Shown: positions 1 to 10,003 of the stretch, piece by piece
How positions within the stretch are numbered: the first letter of the stretch is position 1
How the letters are laid out: every line of letters begins with the position of its first letter
Notes under the pieces: model-generated
Database searches by the model: none
Told to the model about the DNA's origin: nothing
What the model saw: the letters and a program-made list of their open reading frames with translations, nothing else
Source: Sphingobacteriales bacterium
Lineage (GTDB): Bacteria > Bacteroidota > Bacteroidia > AKYH767-A > OLB10
Length of the DNA: 64,000 bases
Reading direction: 5' to 3'
Assembly (NCBI GenBank): GCA_021299095.1
Contig: JAJTFW010000011.1
Span: 43 to 64,042 of the forward strand
Translations under genes and position numbers: made by a program

Positions 1-849
1 CACATCCTCATTTACCGCTATTTAGGTATTGCACAACCGCACTACGCCCACCTTCCGCTTCTGCTCAAGCCCGAGGGCAACGGCAAACTGAGCAAGCGTG
101 ACGGCGACCGCCTCGGATTCCCGGTCTTTCCACTCGAGTGGAAAGATCCCGCCACCGGCGAAGTTTCTTCCGGATACCGCGAGAAAGGCTATTACCCCGA
201 AGCTTTTGTGAACATGCTGGCCCTTCTGGGCTGGAACGACGGTACCGAGCAGGAGCTGTTCAGCATGGATGAACTCATTGCGCGCTTCGATTTCGACCGG
301 GTGCACAAAGCAGGTGCCCGCTTCGATCCCGAAAAAGTCAAATGGTACAACGAGCAATGGTTGCGCAGGCAGAGCGATGAAACACTGGCTGCGAACTTCA
401 GTAATCAATTGGCGCAGCGCTATGGAGAAAACGATCAACGCGCCTCCATCGCTTTTGCAAGCGGAGCAGTCCATCTGTTGAAAGAACGCGTGCAGTTCGA
501 ACACGAATTGTACCCGACCGGAGCCTACCTCTTCGAGCAGCCACTTACCTACGATGAAAAAGTGGTTTCTAAACGCTGGACACCCACGGCATCCACTTTC
601 GTACAGGCATACCGTGATACACTGAGCGCTCACGGCGACTGGAAAGCCGAGCCGCTTAAAGCTGGCTTCGAATCACTTGCTACGGCACAGGGCATCAAGC
701 CGGGTGAAGTCCTGCAGCTGTTCCGGGTTGTGGTTAGCGGACAAGGCAGCGGCGTCGACCTCTTCGGCATGGTTGAGCTCCTGGGCCGTGATGAAGTGCT
801 GGCCCGCATCGACCGTGCACTGCAAACCCTGCCGGCACACACGCCATAA
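1..849 (+). CDS. gltX: Glutamate--tRNA ligase, C-terminal part (5' end outside window)
   Basis: Frame 1 is open from base 1: HILIYRYLG..YAHLPLLLKPEGNGKLSKRDG (KMSKS-type motif), LALLGWN, GARFDPEKVKWYN, then the anticodon-binding domain; stop at 847-849. Confidence 0.95.
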   Translation, partial: HILIYRYLGIAQPHYAHLPLLLKPEGNGKLSKRDGDRLGFPVFPLEWKDPATGEVSSGYREKGYYPEAFVNMLALLGWNDGTEQELFSMDELIARFDFDRVHKAGARFDPEKVKWYNEQWLRRQSDETLAANFSNQLAQRYGENDQRASIAFASGAVHLLKERVQFEHELYPTGAYLFEQPLTYDEKVVSKRWTPTASTFVQAYRDTLSAHGDWKAEPLKAGFESLATAQGIKPGEVLQLFRVVVSGQGSGVDLFGMVELLGRDEVLARIDRALQTLPAHTP

Positions 850-886
850 AACGCGTCCATTCCATTACCCCATACATCCCAACACC

Positions 887-2551
887 ATGAGTACCGAGAA
901 GGGCCCCAATTTTCTGGAAGAAATCATTGCAGAAGACGTGAAGAACGGCAAACACGGCGGCCGTGTGCTGACGCGCTTCCCTCCTGAACCCAACGGGTAT
1001 CTGCACATCGGACACAGCAAATCCATTTGTGTCAACTTCGGACTGGCTGCCCACTTCGGCGGAAAGACCAACCTGCGCTTCGACGATACCAATCCGGAGA
1101 AGGAAGAAACCGAATACGTTGAGAGCATCAAGACCGATATCCGCTGGCTGGGGTTCACTTGGGCCAATGAATTTTACGCTTCCGATTACTTTCCACAGTT
1201 GTTCGCGTTTGCCGTGAAGCTGATTGAGCAGGGACTGGCTTATGTGGACGATAGCAGTCCCGAGGAAATCGCCTCCATGAAAGGCACACCCACCGAACCC
1301 GGCAAGGACAGCCCCTTTCGTGCACGCAGTGTAGAAGAGAACCTCGACTTGTTCACGCGAATGAAGAACGGGGAGTTCCGCGATGGTGAGAAAGTGCTAC
1401 GCGCCCGCATCGACATGGCTTCGCCCAACATGCACTTTCGCGATCCCATCCTGTACCGCATCAAGCATACCGCGCATCACCGCACCGGAAATCATTGGTG
1501 TATTTACCCTATGTACGATTTCGCGCACGGACAAAGTGATGCGATCGAGCAAATCACACATTCCATTTGCACACTCGAGTTCGAAGTGCACCGACCGCTG
1601 TACGAATGGTTCATCGAAAAACTCGGACTTTACACGAGCCGTCAATATGAATTTGCCCGCCTCAACCTGAACTACACCGTGATGAGCAAGCGCAAACTGC
1701 TGCAATTGGTGCAGGAGAAGCATGTGTCGGGCTGGGACGATCCACGTATGCCCACCATCAGCGGACTGCGTCGGCGGGGATACACACCCGAGAGCGTCCG
1801 CAATTTTGCGGAACGTGTGGGTGTTGCCCGCCGCGAGAACATCATTGATGTGGGTCTGCTCGAGTTCTGCGTACGCGAAGACCTCAACCGCCGTGCTACG
1901 CGCGCCATGGTGGTGCTTGATCCCCTCAAGCTCATCATCGAGAACCTGCCCGAAGGCCATGTGGAACACCTCCCCACCGAAAACAATCCGGAGGCCGAAG
2001 AGAAGACCACGCGTGAAATCCCCTTCGGCCGCGAGCTCTGGATTGAGCGTGATGATTTCATGGAGGTGCCCGAGAAGAAGTATTTCCGTCTGGCGCCCGG
2101 AAAAATGGTGCGCCTGAAAAGCGCCTACATTGTTGAGTGCACGGGATTTGAAAAAGATGCCAGCGGACACATTACGGCTGTGCTTGCCCGTTATATTCCC
2201 GAAAGCAAAAGCGGACACGACAACAGCGGACTCCAGGTGAAAGGGGTGATCCACTGGGTGCATGCTCCATCGGCCGTCCCCTGCGAGGTGCGATTGTACG
2301 ACCGACTCTTCCGCGTGGAGGATCCCTCATCCGAAGCCGGTGACTTCAAAGACTACATCAACCCCGACAGCCTCACGGTGGTGAAGGGTGCCATGGCCGA
2401 GCCCTGCCTCAATGCAGCAAAGCCTGGTGAGCATTTCCAGTTCATGCGCAAGGGCTATTTCGTACCCGATGCCGACAGCAGTGCCGGACATCCGGTCTTC
2501 AACCGCACCGTTACACTCAAGGACGGTTGGGGCAAGCAGAAAGAGAACTAG
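887..2551 (+). CDS. glnS: Glutamine--tRNA ligase
   Basis: TRFPPEPNGYLHIGH (HIGH), LRFDDTNP, IYPMYDFAH, VMSKRKL, WDDPRMPT, FQFMRKGYF; ATG 887 (MSTEKGPNFLEEII) chosen as start. Confidence 0.97.
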   Translation: MSTEKGPNFLEEIIAEDVKNGKHGGRVLTRFPPEPNGYLHIGHSKSICVNFGLAAHFGGKTNLRFDDTNPEKEETEYVESIKTDIRWLGFTWANEFYASDYFPQLFAFAVKLIEQGLAYVDDSSPEEIASMKGTPTEPGKDSPFRARSVEENLDLFTRMKNGEFRDGEKVLRARIDMASPNMHFRDPILYRIKHTAHHRTGNHWCIYPMYDFAHGQSDAIEQITHSICTLEFEVHRPLYEWFIEKLGLYTSRQYEFARLNLNYTVMSKRKLLQLVQEKHVSGWDDPRMPTISGLRRRGYTPESVRNFAERVGVARRENIIDVGLLEFCVREDLNRRATRAMVVLDPLKLIIENLPEGHVEHLPTENNPEAEEKTTREIPFGRELWIERDDFMEVPEKKYFRLAPGKMVRLKSAYIVECTGFEKDASGHITAVLARYIPESKSGHDNSGLQVKGVIHWVHAPSAVPCEVRLYDRLFRVEDPSSEAGDFKDYINPDSLTVVKGAMAEPCLNAAKPGEHFQFMRKGYFVPDADSSAGHPVFNRTVTLKDGWGKQKEN

Positions 2552-2563
2552 AACACAGTTGAG

Positions 2564-3082
2564 GTGAAGAAACTATTTTTTATTCCGCATGTACTGTTTT
2601 TTATCAGCATCACTTTTCTTGTGACTGCCTGTAAAAAGGACGAAGAAGCGGAAGGCATTGACAAGGAGCTGCTGGACCTGGCCTCCAGTACCTCCGGATT
2701 CACCTGGTACAAGAACAGCGCTTCATTTCTTCCGAAGAGCAGTGCCAGTGCCCATCCGTTTTCCTATCTGCGCACCCGTTACAATGCAATCGCATCCGCC
2801 GCACTGGATTCAAACGGCAAGGTCATCGACAGCACACTCTTCCCGGAAGGATCACTGGTCGTGAAGGAACTCAGCAACAGCATCGGCGGTCTCGATCGCT
2901 ATGCCATCCTGCTGAAGCGGACCGGAAGTCCCCATGCGGATTCCAAAGGCTGGGTGTGGGGTTATATCAACAAGGATAAATCGGTAGCTGAGCCTGCATC
3001 CAAGAAAGGGGCTTCGTGCAGCGGATGCCACGCGCAGACTGGTAACATCGACTACATGTTGATGAACATTGCGCATCCCTGA
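2564..3082 (+). CDS. Cytochrome P460/c'-beta family lipoprotein
   Basis: Lipobox-like LVTAC, FPEGSLVVKEL, GWVWG and a single C-terminal CxxCH (CSGCH). Confidence 0.75.
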   Translation: MKKLFFIPHVLFFISITFLVTACKKDEEAEGIDKELLDLASSTSGFTWYKNSASFLPKSSASAHPFSYLRTRYNAIASAALDSNGKVIDSTLFPEGSLVVKELSNSIGGLDRYAILLKRTGSPHADSKGWVWGYINKDKSVAEPASKKGASCSGCHAQTGNIDYMLMNIAHP

Positions 3083-3098
3083 TGCAAGCGTTCTGCCC

Positions 3099-3449
3099 TC
3101 AGCCTTCGATACTAAAAACCGCCTCACCCAATTGACCGTTCACCGGCGGGTTGTATTTTGTGATTTCAACCCGGCAGGATTGAACCCGTGGAAAGCGATC
3201 CTTCATGCGGTTCAAGATGCGTCCGGCAACATGCTCGATGAGCTTGGACGCGACAGCCATTTCTTCGCGAACGATGCGATGCACTTCTACGTAATCGACC
3301 GTTTGCGACAAGTCGTCATTGACAATCGCTCCGTAAAAATCACCGCTGAACACCACATCAACTGAAAAGCGGGAACCGATCACGCTTTCTTCTTTCAAAC
3401 AACCGTGAAAAGAATGGCATTCGATGCGCCGGATGGCCAAATGTTGCAT
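3099..3449 (-). CDS. folB: Dihydroneopterin aldolase
   Basis: FHGCLKEE, FSVDV, DDLSQTVDYVEV, SKLIEHVA, ITKYNPPV; ATG at 3449. Confidence 0.93.
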   Translation of the reverse strand: MQHLAIRRIECHSFHGCLKEESVIGSRFSVDVVFSGDFYGAIVNDDLSQTVDYVEVHRIVREEMAVASKLIEHVAGRILNRMKDRFPRVQSCRVEITKYNPPVNGQLGEAVFSIEG

Positions 3450-3453
3450 ATTG

Positions 3454-3461
3454 CAAAGGTA
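3454..3461 (-). promoter_or_regulatory. Bacteroidota -7 promoter box for folB
   Basis: TACCTTTG on the minus strand, 4 nt upstream of the ATG. Confidence 0.7.
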
Positions 3462-3510
3462 AACGGTTGATGAATACTTTTTATACAAATGTACTCATTG
3501 ACAATACCCT

Positions 3511-3642
3511 TACTTAAACGCAACGAGCGCAGCGGCAAGCAACGGCGCAGAGCTTTTTGAAGATTGAATTAAAGTTATATTGAAGGGATTGATTTCTCCG
3601 CCGCGTCCGTGGCCGATTCGTTGCGATCGCCGCGTTTAAATA
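3511..3642. repeat. Long imperfect inverted repeat (REP/MITE-like hairpin)
   Basis: TTAAACGC (3514-3521) pairs with GCGTTTAA (3632-3639). GC-rich arms CGAGCGCAGCGG / TCGTTGCGATCG continue the stem around an AT-rich spacer. Confidence 0.6.
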
Positions 3643-3821
3643 GTAATCTCAATTTGGAAATCAAGTACTATACAGAGGCAAAGGTTTTACTTGTTGTTCT
3701 TATTCAAGAAACTGAACCGAATCATCCTAAACATAAATTTGATAGGCTGGTATTTATTATAATGAAGAGACTAACAAGTCCGGGCTACAATCTTACCGAT
3801 TTCCTATATTCGATTAAGCCA

Positions 3822-5793
3822 ATGAACAGAGTTCTCTATACCATTCTCCTAAGCCCCTTCATTTTCTTAAGCACCATCGCTCGGGAAACCAAAGCCATAA
3901 CCCTCCATTTGCAATCACCAGGAGAAAAAATCCACTTCTCCATCTCCCTGCAGCAGGAACGCATCAGCTGGAAAGTACTCAAACAAGACAGCCTTCTGCT
4001 GGAAGGAATGGATCCCGGCTTTGTCTTAAACGCCAACGATTCGCTGTATCACTACCGACTGCTTTCCTGGCAAGCTGCACCTCAAGCTCGAAGACACTGA
4101 AAGGCATCATCCGCTCCTATTGGAGTTCCGGCTGTACGACACAGGACTTGCGTATCGTATGCGGCTCGATGGTTCGGAACGCGAGCCTGTACAGATTGCG
4201 TCCGAGTTGGGACAGTTCCAATTCACGCAAGCCCAAACCGCACACTGGTGCTGGGCCGATTACCATACGCTCGAAAAAACCTATCAACACACTCCCCTCG
4301 ACTCGGCCATTCATGCGGCAGCGCCCTTCACGGTAGAGGATTCGTTGGGCCGATGCATCGCTTTGTACGAAGCCGCCTTGATGGATTATCCCATGGTGTC
4401 GTGGAAAAAGCATACGCCCGAATCGCAATCCTATCGCGTTGAACTTTGCCCGGGTGCGGATGGATTTGCCGTGAAGAAAGCTTTTCCAGTACAGACGCCA
4501 TGGCGAGTGATTGAAGTATCGGACAACGCAGCGCGTTTGATGGAATCGCAGCTGGTCCTCAACCTGAATGCGCCAGCGGAAACACGCGATTGGTCCTGGG
4601 TAAAGCCTATCCGTTATATCGGCTTGTGGTGGGAGATGCACCTGGGATTGTCCGAATGGAAATCGGATGCAGGCCGGCACGGGGCGACAACAGCGCGTGT
4701 TAAGCAATACATCGACTTCGCTGCGGCAAACGGAATTGAAGGCGTACTTATAGAACGCTGGAATACAGGCTGGGAAAAATGGGGAAAGAAAGATGCTTTT
4801 GATTTTACCACGGCCACAACAGATCTCGATATTCAGGAAGTTGTCCGCTATGCCCGAGAAAAGGGTGTGGAGATCATTGGCCACCACGAGACGGGCGGTG
4901 ATGTGATTGCGTATGAGCAGCGCATCGACAGTGCTTTCGCGTTTTATAACCGTATGGGTATCCGTTATGTGAAGACGGGTTATGCGGGACCTGTGAATCC
5001 GCCTACGGAACCACACCACGGACAATACATGGTGAATCACTTCAACAGGGTGATGGAAACCGCAGCGCGGTATCGAATCATGCTTGATGTGCACGAGTCC
5101 TCCATTCCATCCGGACTCAGCCGCACCTGGCCCAACCTCATGACCTTTGAGGCTGTACGCGGTATGGAGTGGAATGCCTGGAGCGAGGGGAATAGCCCCG
5201 ACCATGCCTGCACGCTTCCGTTCACACGCGGATTGGCCGGACCGATGGACTACACGCCGGGAGTATTTGATATCGGCATGACACACCGTGAAGCGGAACG
5301 AGTAACCTGGAATGGAAAAGGCAGAGGGCAGACAGCAGTACATAGCACGCTGGTACACCAGATGGCTCTGCCGGTGGTGTTGTATAGCCCGATGCAGATG
5401 TTCGCCGACCTACCCGAAAATTATGCGCTACATCCTGAAGCCTTTGAACTCATGCGAACAATTCCCGCCACCTGGGATGATATCCGTGTGTTGCATGCAG
5501 AGATCGGGAAGTGTATTGTTGTTGCCCGTCGACATGGGGACGATTGGTTTCTTGCAGCGATAGCCGCCGAAGAAAAAAAGTTGATGTTTAATATACCGAT
5601 CTATTTTTTCGCCAAAGGGGAAGAGCTGAATGCTGTGGTCTGCGAAGATGCATCGGACGCAGATGCTGAAAAAAATCCGATGGCGTATATCATCCGGCGT
5701 GGCAAGGTGAATCCTCAAAGCCTAATCAACCTGAACTTAATCGGTGGTGGTGGCGCGCTCTATCGCTTCAGTCCCGATAAACAGCCTCGATAA
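3822..5793 (+). pseudogene. GH97 alpha-glucosidase (SusB-like), frameshifted/split near 4070
   Basis: The signal peptide and N-terminal piece (3822-4100, LQSPGEKIHF) are in one frame. The catalytic part (LEFRLYDTGLAYR, QTPWRVI, YIDFAA, GHHETG, VKTGY, LDVHE, FEAVRGME, GPMDYTPG) is in another frame, open only from 4030. Confidence 0.8.
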
Positions 5794-5800
5794 AACCGCA

Positions 5801-6589
5801 TCATGCGGACCTGCGCTGCAGGTGCAGAAAGGCAATGGCCTGTCGGTTGAATGCATCGGGCTGCTCGATGTTGACTACATGGCCGCAGCGAGGGATGACA
5901 AACAGCGTTGAAGACTGATGATCCCTGACAAGACGTTCGATAGTCGGGAGGAACATGTGGTCTTCTTCGCCCATGATATAGAGCGTAGGGATGCCGCTGT
6001 CGCGGAAACGGAACAAGGCCAACAGCGGATTGAGTTGTGCGGCAAGCCTAAACCAGCGCTTGAATTCCTGCTGGTATAGTTTTTTCGCTTCACGAATGAA
6101 AAGATTTCTCGATTCGCGGTGGTTGCTTCGCGGCATGATGATGAATGCGAACAGGCGATACAGCAACATGTACGGAATCAGCGATTGCAGCCCCTGACCC
6201 ACACGCAGCAAAACCTGTCCACGCAGATTGAGCTTCATGACAGCCCCTCCCATAATCAGACTTTGGGTGCGGTCGGGATAACGCTCGCAGAGGTCGCGGA
6301 TGATGATGGTGCCCAGCGAAATACCGATAAAGTGCGACCGGGCGATTCCCAAATGATTCAGCACATCCATCACTTCATCGCCGATTTCATGGAAGGTGTA
6401 ATTCGGATGGGCATTGCTTCCAATCCGTTTTGAACCGCCGTGTCCGCGCAGATCGACCAGCAGCAGGTTGAAATGCTTCCTGAAATCGCGCAGTTGCTTG
6501 AACCAGATAGTGCTACTCCCACCGGCCCCATGGACAAAAGTCACCCATTCCGCATTGGGATGAATGATGTGGGTAGTGTGGTGTAGCAT
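5801..6589 (-). CDS. Alpha/beta hydrolase
   Basis: FVHGAGGS, VDLRGHG, nucleophile elbow GISLG, GEEDH, CGHVVN. Confidence 0.88.
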   Translation of the reverse strand: MLHHTTHIIHPNAEWVTFVHGAGGSSTIWFKQLRDFRKHFNLLLVDLRGHGGSKRIGSNAHPNYTFHEIGDEVMDVLNHLGIARSHFIGISLGTIIIRDLCERYPDRTQSLIMGGAVMKLNLRGQVLLRVGQGLQSLIPYMLLYRLFAFIIMPRSNHRESRNLFIREAKKLYQQEFKRWFRLAAQLNPLLALFRFRDSGIPTLYIMGEEDHMFLPTIERLVRDHQSSTLFVIPRCGHVVNIEQPDAFNRQAIAFLHLQRRSA

Positions 6590-6647
6590 AATCCCGAAAG
6601 ATACGAAATGCAGAGCGAACGCTCCCTTCGGTACCTTTACGCTCACC

Positions 6648-7043
6648 ATGAATCAACTGATCATTAAGCACATCACCCTGTTGGTGCGTGACTACGACGA
6701 AGCCATTGCTTTTTTCTGTGAAACGCTGGGATTCGACCTTCAGGAAGACACACCGCAAGAAGAGCAGAAACGCCGTGTGGTGGTCGCCCCTCGCGGCTCT
6801 GAATGTTCGCTCATTCTGGCGAAAGCGAGTACAGTGGAGCAACAAGCCCTTATCGGAAAACAATGCGGCGGACGCGTGTTCCTATACCTACACACCGATG
6901 ATCTCGATCGTGAAGCGCTACGTTTGAAAGAGCAGGGCGTACGAATCGTTCGCGAACCCACTACAGCAGCCTTCGGTCGTGCCCTGGTGTTTGAAGACCT
7001 GTATGGGAACCGCTGGGATTTGGTTGAACCGGCTTCGGTCTGA
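6648..7043 (+). CDS. VOC/glyoxalase family protein
   Basis: HITLLVRDYDEAIAFF...LGF, GGRVFLYLHTDD, FEDLYGNRWDLVE. Confidence 0.9.
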   Translation: MNQLIIKHITLLVRDYDEAIAFFCETLGFDLQEDTPQEEQKRRVVVAPRGSECSLILAKASTVEQQALIGKQCGGRVFLYLHTDDLDREALRLKEQGVRIVREPTTAAFGRALVFEDLYGNRWDLVEPASV

Positions 7044-7601
7044 TCAGCTTCCGAAATCGAAAGAGATCTGTGCCCAACCGGCATGTACGGCATAGGCCAT
7101 GAATGCGGCGAACAGGAGGATACCGATACTCAGCAGCATCAACATATCCTTGTAGAACTTGCGGAAGTAAATGTTGTCCATCATCTCATCGACGTTGCCG
7201 AACAGGTGCTGCAGACGCGAAAAGGCGCTGTCACCTTTCACGATGTAGTCGTAAGCACCATGTTTCATGCAGTCGACCGAAACCGAGATCTTATCCTGGC
7301 TACTCAGCATAATGACTTGTGTGAGCGGTAGCGCCTCCCGTATTTTTTTGAGAATCTCAATCCCGTTGCTTGCTGTAGAATCGCTGCTGTCGAGGTTGTA
7401 ATCCAGGATGACCAATTCCGGTTTGAGATGCAATTGATGAAGGGCTTCTTCTCCGCTTCCGAATCCGTGCACATCAAGCGTGAATTTATCCTTAAGATAA
7501 TCGAGCATGAGCTGGCGCTGCAGGGGCTCATCCTCGATCAGAAAAACGGTGCGGGCACGCTTGGGATTGATAGGAACTTCGTAAGGGAAGAGATGTGACA
7601 T
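7044..7601 (-). CDS. Receiver-domain protein with C-terminal transmembrane helix
   Basis: FLIEDE, LVILDYNL (phospho-Asp), NGIEIL, MLSSQ, GAYDYIVK, followed by hydrophobic MLMLLSIGILLFAAFMAYAV. Confidence 0.85.
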   Translation of the reverse strand: MSHLFPYEVPINPKRARTVFLIEDEPLQRQLMLDYLKDKFTLDVHGFGSGEEALHQLHLKPELVILDYNLDSSDSTASNGIEILKKIREALPLTQVIMLSSQDKISVSVDCMKHGAYDYIVKGDSAFSRLQHLFGNVDEMMDNIYFRKFYKDMLMLLSIGILLFAAFMAYAVHAGWAQISFDFGS

Positions 7602-7680
7602 AGCCGAATATTAAAGGCTAAAGGTAGTGTGTAGAAGCATACCCGGTCAAAGATGTATCTTCGATACCTCAAGAACACAC

Positions 7681-8298
7681 ATGCGCATCATACGACGCTA
7701 CCGCAGCGTGCACAGCGGCTGGCTCGAAATCCTGGAGGAGGATGGTGAACGCGTTTTGGATACGGAAAAAGCCAACTACTCCTATGGCTTGTTGCAGGAG
7801 ATATTGGAAGCGGGTATTCGTACTGCCGGACTTGAGGGGGTAAAGAACATCCTGCTTTTGGGATTGGGAGGTGGGAGTTTGATTCACAGTCTTCGTGCAC
7901 GATTTACGTATCGGGGACCGATAACGGCTGTCGAAATCGATCCGGTGATAATTCAGGTTGCGCGTGAAGAATTCGGACTTTCCACCGACCGAAAACTAAA
8001 GGTGGTGGAGGATGATGCCGAACACTTCATGGAGGTTCATGCCACACGGTATGGCCTCATCGTTGTCGATTTGTTCATTCACACGGAAGTCCCGATGGTC
8101 TTTACCGATTTCCCTTTTTGGAACAACTTACACCGATTAATTCTTCCGGGCGGAAAAATCATCTTCAATGCGGCTGTCGGACGTGGCTCTTCGCAGCGCT
8201 TGCGGGTATTGAAGGAAATGATGTCTGACCATTTCCGGTTCCAGACCCTCGAAGGAGTGGGTGGAGCCAATACCTTGCTGATAGCCAAGCGCAGATGA
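7681..8298 (+). CDS. SAM-dependent methyltransferase (spermidine-synthase-like)
   Basis: ILLLGLGGGS, AVEIDP, DDAEHF, IVVDLF, PGGKIIFN. Confidence 0.85.
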   Translation: MRIIRRYRSVHSGWLEILEEDGERVLDTEKANYSYGLLQEILEAGIRTAGLEGVKNILLLGLGGGSLIHSLRARFTYRGPITAVEIDPVIIQVAREEFGLSTDRKLKVVEDDAEHFMEVHATRYGLIVVDLFIHTEVPMVFTDFPFWNNLHRLILPGGKIIFNAAVGRGSSQRLRVLKEMMSDHFRFQTLEGVGGANTLLIAKRR

Positions 8299-8963
8299 AG
8301 AACCTATTTCGATATTCACTTCTGCTTGCGTTTCTGGTGCAGGGAATCACACTCTGCGCCCAGGACATCCGCTTTGAAGCATATTGGGGGATCAATCCAC
8401 TACACCGCGACAGCCTGACGGATGAGGGATGGCGCATCACCGATTTACGCAGCTATATCAGTGATTTGAACATAAGTACGTCAACAGATAGCGTATGGCA
8501 TGATCCTGTACCTGCTTACCTCATCGACTGGCTCGACACAACCCGGAACCGGATTCAAATACCAGTGATGGTAAACGATACAACGACACGCTTATGCTTC
8601 ACGATTGGCCTTGACAGTGCCCTGAATTGTAGTGGGATTCAGCGCGGTGTTCTGGATCCGGTTAACGGAATGTATTGGACCTGGCAGAGCGGATTCATTC
8701 ACTTGCGCCTGGAGGCTGTCAGTCCGCAAGGCAAGGCAGTTGAATTACACCTGGGCGGTTACCGGTATCCCCATGCAGCCATCCAGTCGACGTGTTTCTC
8801 ATTCTCGCGGTTGAAAAAAACCATATGCGTTCGAATGAATGTGCAGGCGCTGATCGATTACATGCAAGAAAAGGGAATCGATCACATCATGTCGCCCGGC
8901 CAGGCAGCGAAGGCTGGAATCGAAAAAGCGGCCACCGTACTGGCTGTGGAGGAGTATCCATGA
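8295..8963 (+). CDS. MbnP-family periplasmic protein
   Basis: Signal peptide, RSYISD, FTIGLDSALN, GVLDPVNGMYWTWQSGFIHLRLE (WxW motif), HLGGY; ATGA overlaps with both neighbours. Confidence 0.8.
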   Translation: MKNLFRYSLLLAFLVQGITLCAQDIRFEAYWGINPLHRDSLTDEGWRITDLRSYISDLNISTSTDSVWHDPVPAYLIDWLDTTRNRIQIPVMVNDTTTRLCFTIGLDSALNCSGIQRGVLDPVNGMYWTWQSGFIHLRLEAVSPQGKAVELHLGGYRYPHAAIQSTCFSFSRLKKTICVRMNVQALIDYMQEKGIDHIMSPGQAAKAGIEKAATVLAVEEYP

Positions 8964-9973
8964 AAACAACCGGATTCCTTCTAGTGACATTGCTGTTTCC
9001 GCTGTTGCTCGCCCTGCAATACGGCGAAAAACCGCAGCAGATTCCGCAGGGTTGGCCCCGGCCACTGGTTGATCTCAGCCGCATGGATCCGGATGAAATT
9101 CAACTCGGGCGTCTGCTCTTTTACGATCCCATCCTATCCCGCGACAGCAGCATCTCCTGCGCATCGTGTCATTCGCCGTATAATGCCTTTGCCCACAGCG
9201 ACCATGCGCTCAGCCACGGCATCGGCGACAGTATCGGCTTCCGGAATGCTCCGGCCCTGCAGCTGTTGGCCTGGCAAAACCGCTTCATGTGGGATGGCCG
9301 ATTTTCCTCGTTGAAAGAGCAAGTCCTTTTTCCCATTACACATTCCGGCGAGATGGGCGAGGATACCACACACCTGCTTCTTAAACTAAACAGAAGCGGC
9401 CGCTATGCGCAGGCCGGCATGAAAGCCTTCAGTGATTCACAGCTGACTATCCAGCGGATGCAACAGTCCATCACCCAATTCCTGCTCACGCTGGTTCCGC
9501 ACGAAAGCCGATACGATAGTGTGATGCGCAGGCAACAGACCTTCTCCGAACAGGAGCAACAGGGATATTCCCTGTTTCGCCAGCACTGTAACAGCTGCCA
9601 TACCGAACCACTTTTTTCCGATTTCAGTTTTGAGCAGAACGGACTTACACCCGATTCCCTATTGCAAGACAAAGGAAGGATGTCCATCACCACTAAAACC
9701 GAAGACCTCTTACGCTTCAAAGTCCCTTCCCTCCGAAATCTCAGTTATTCAGCTCCGTATATGCACGACGGGCGGTTTCGTTCCCTGCGCCAGGTATTGG
9801 CACATTACACCCAGGTTGCCGGAGTGGAAGGCCTCCGGGGTGGAAGACTCGGGAAGCCTATTGTATTGAGCGAACGCGAACAGACCGATTTGCTGGCCTT
9901 TTTACTCACGCTCGACGACCGGAAGTTCATCTTCGATCCGAAACATGGCTTTCCGGCCGAACTTGTCGATTAA
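8960..9973 (+). CDS. Diheme cytochrome c peroxidase, MauG/MbnH type
   Basis: LGRLLFYDPILS, CASCH, RNAPAL, FMWDGR, CNSCH, FKVPSLRNL, APYMHDG...VLAHY; ATG at 8960. Confidence 0.9.
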   Translation: MKTTGFLLVTLLFPLLLALQYGEKPQQIPQGWPRPLVDLSRMDPDEIQLGRLLFYDPILSRDSSISCASCHSPYNAFAHSDHALSHGIGDSIGFRNAPALQLLAWQNRFMWDGRFSSLKEQVLFPITHSGEMGEDTTHLLLKLNRSGRYAQAGMKAFSDSQLTIQRMQQSITQFLLTLVPHESRYDSVMRRQQTFSEQEQQGYSLFRQHCNSCHTEPLFSDFSFEQNGLTPDSLLQDKGRMSITTKTEDLLRFKVPSLRNLSYSAPYMHDGRFRSLRQVLAHYTQVAGVEGLRGGRLGKPIVLSEREQTDLLAFLLTLDDRKFIFDPKHGFPAELVD

Positions 9974-10003
9974 ACCAAACCGTGTTCCCGCCATCTTACA
10001 TCC

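Noticed and set aside
3609-3821. Upstream extension of the 163 aa ORF
   Set aside because: It runs through the hairpin arm and AT-rich intergenic DNA. A -7 box and a signal peptide support ATG 3822 instead.
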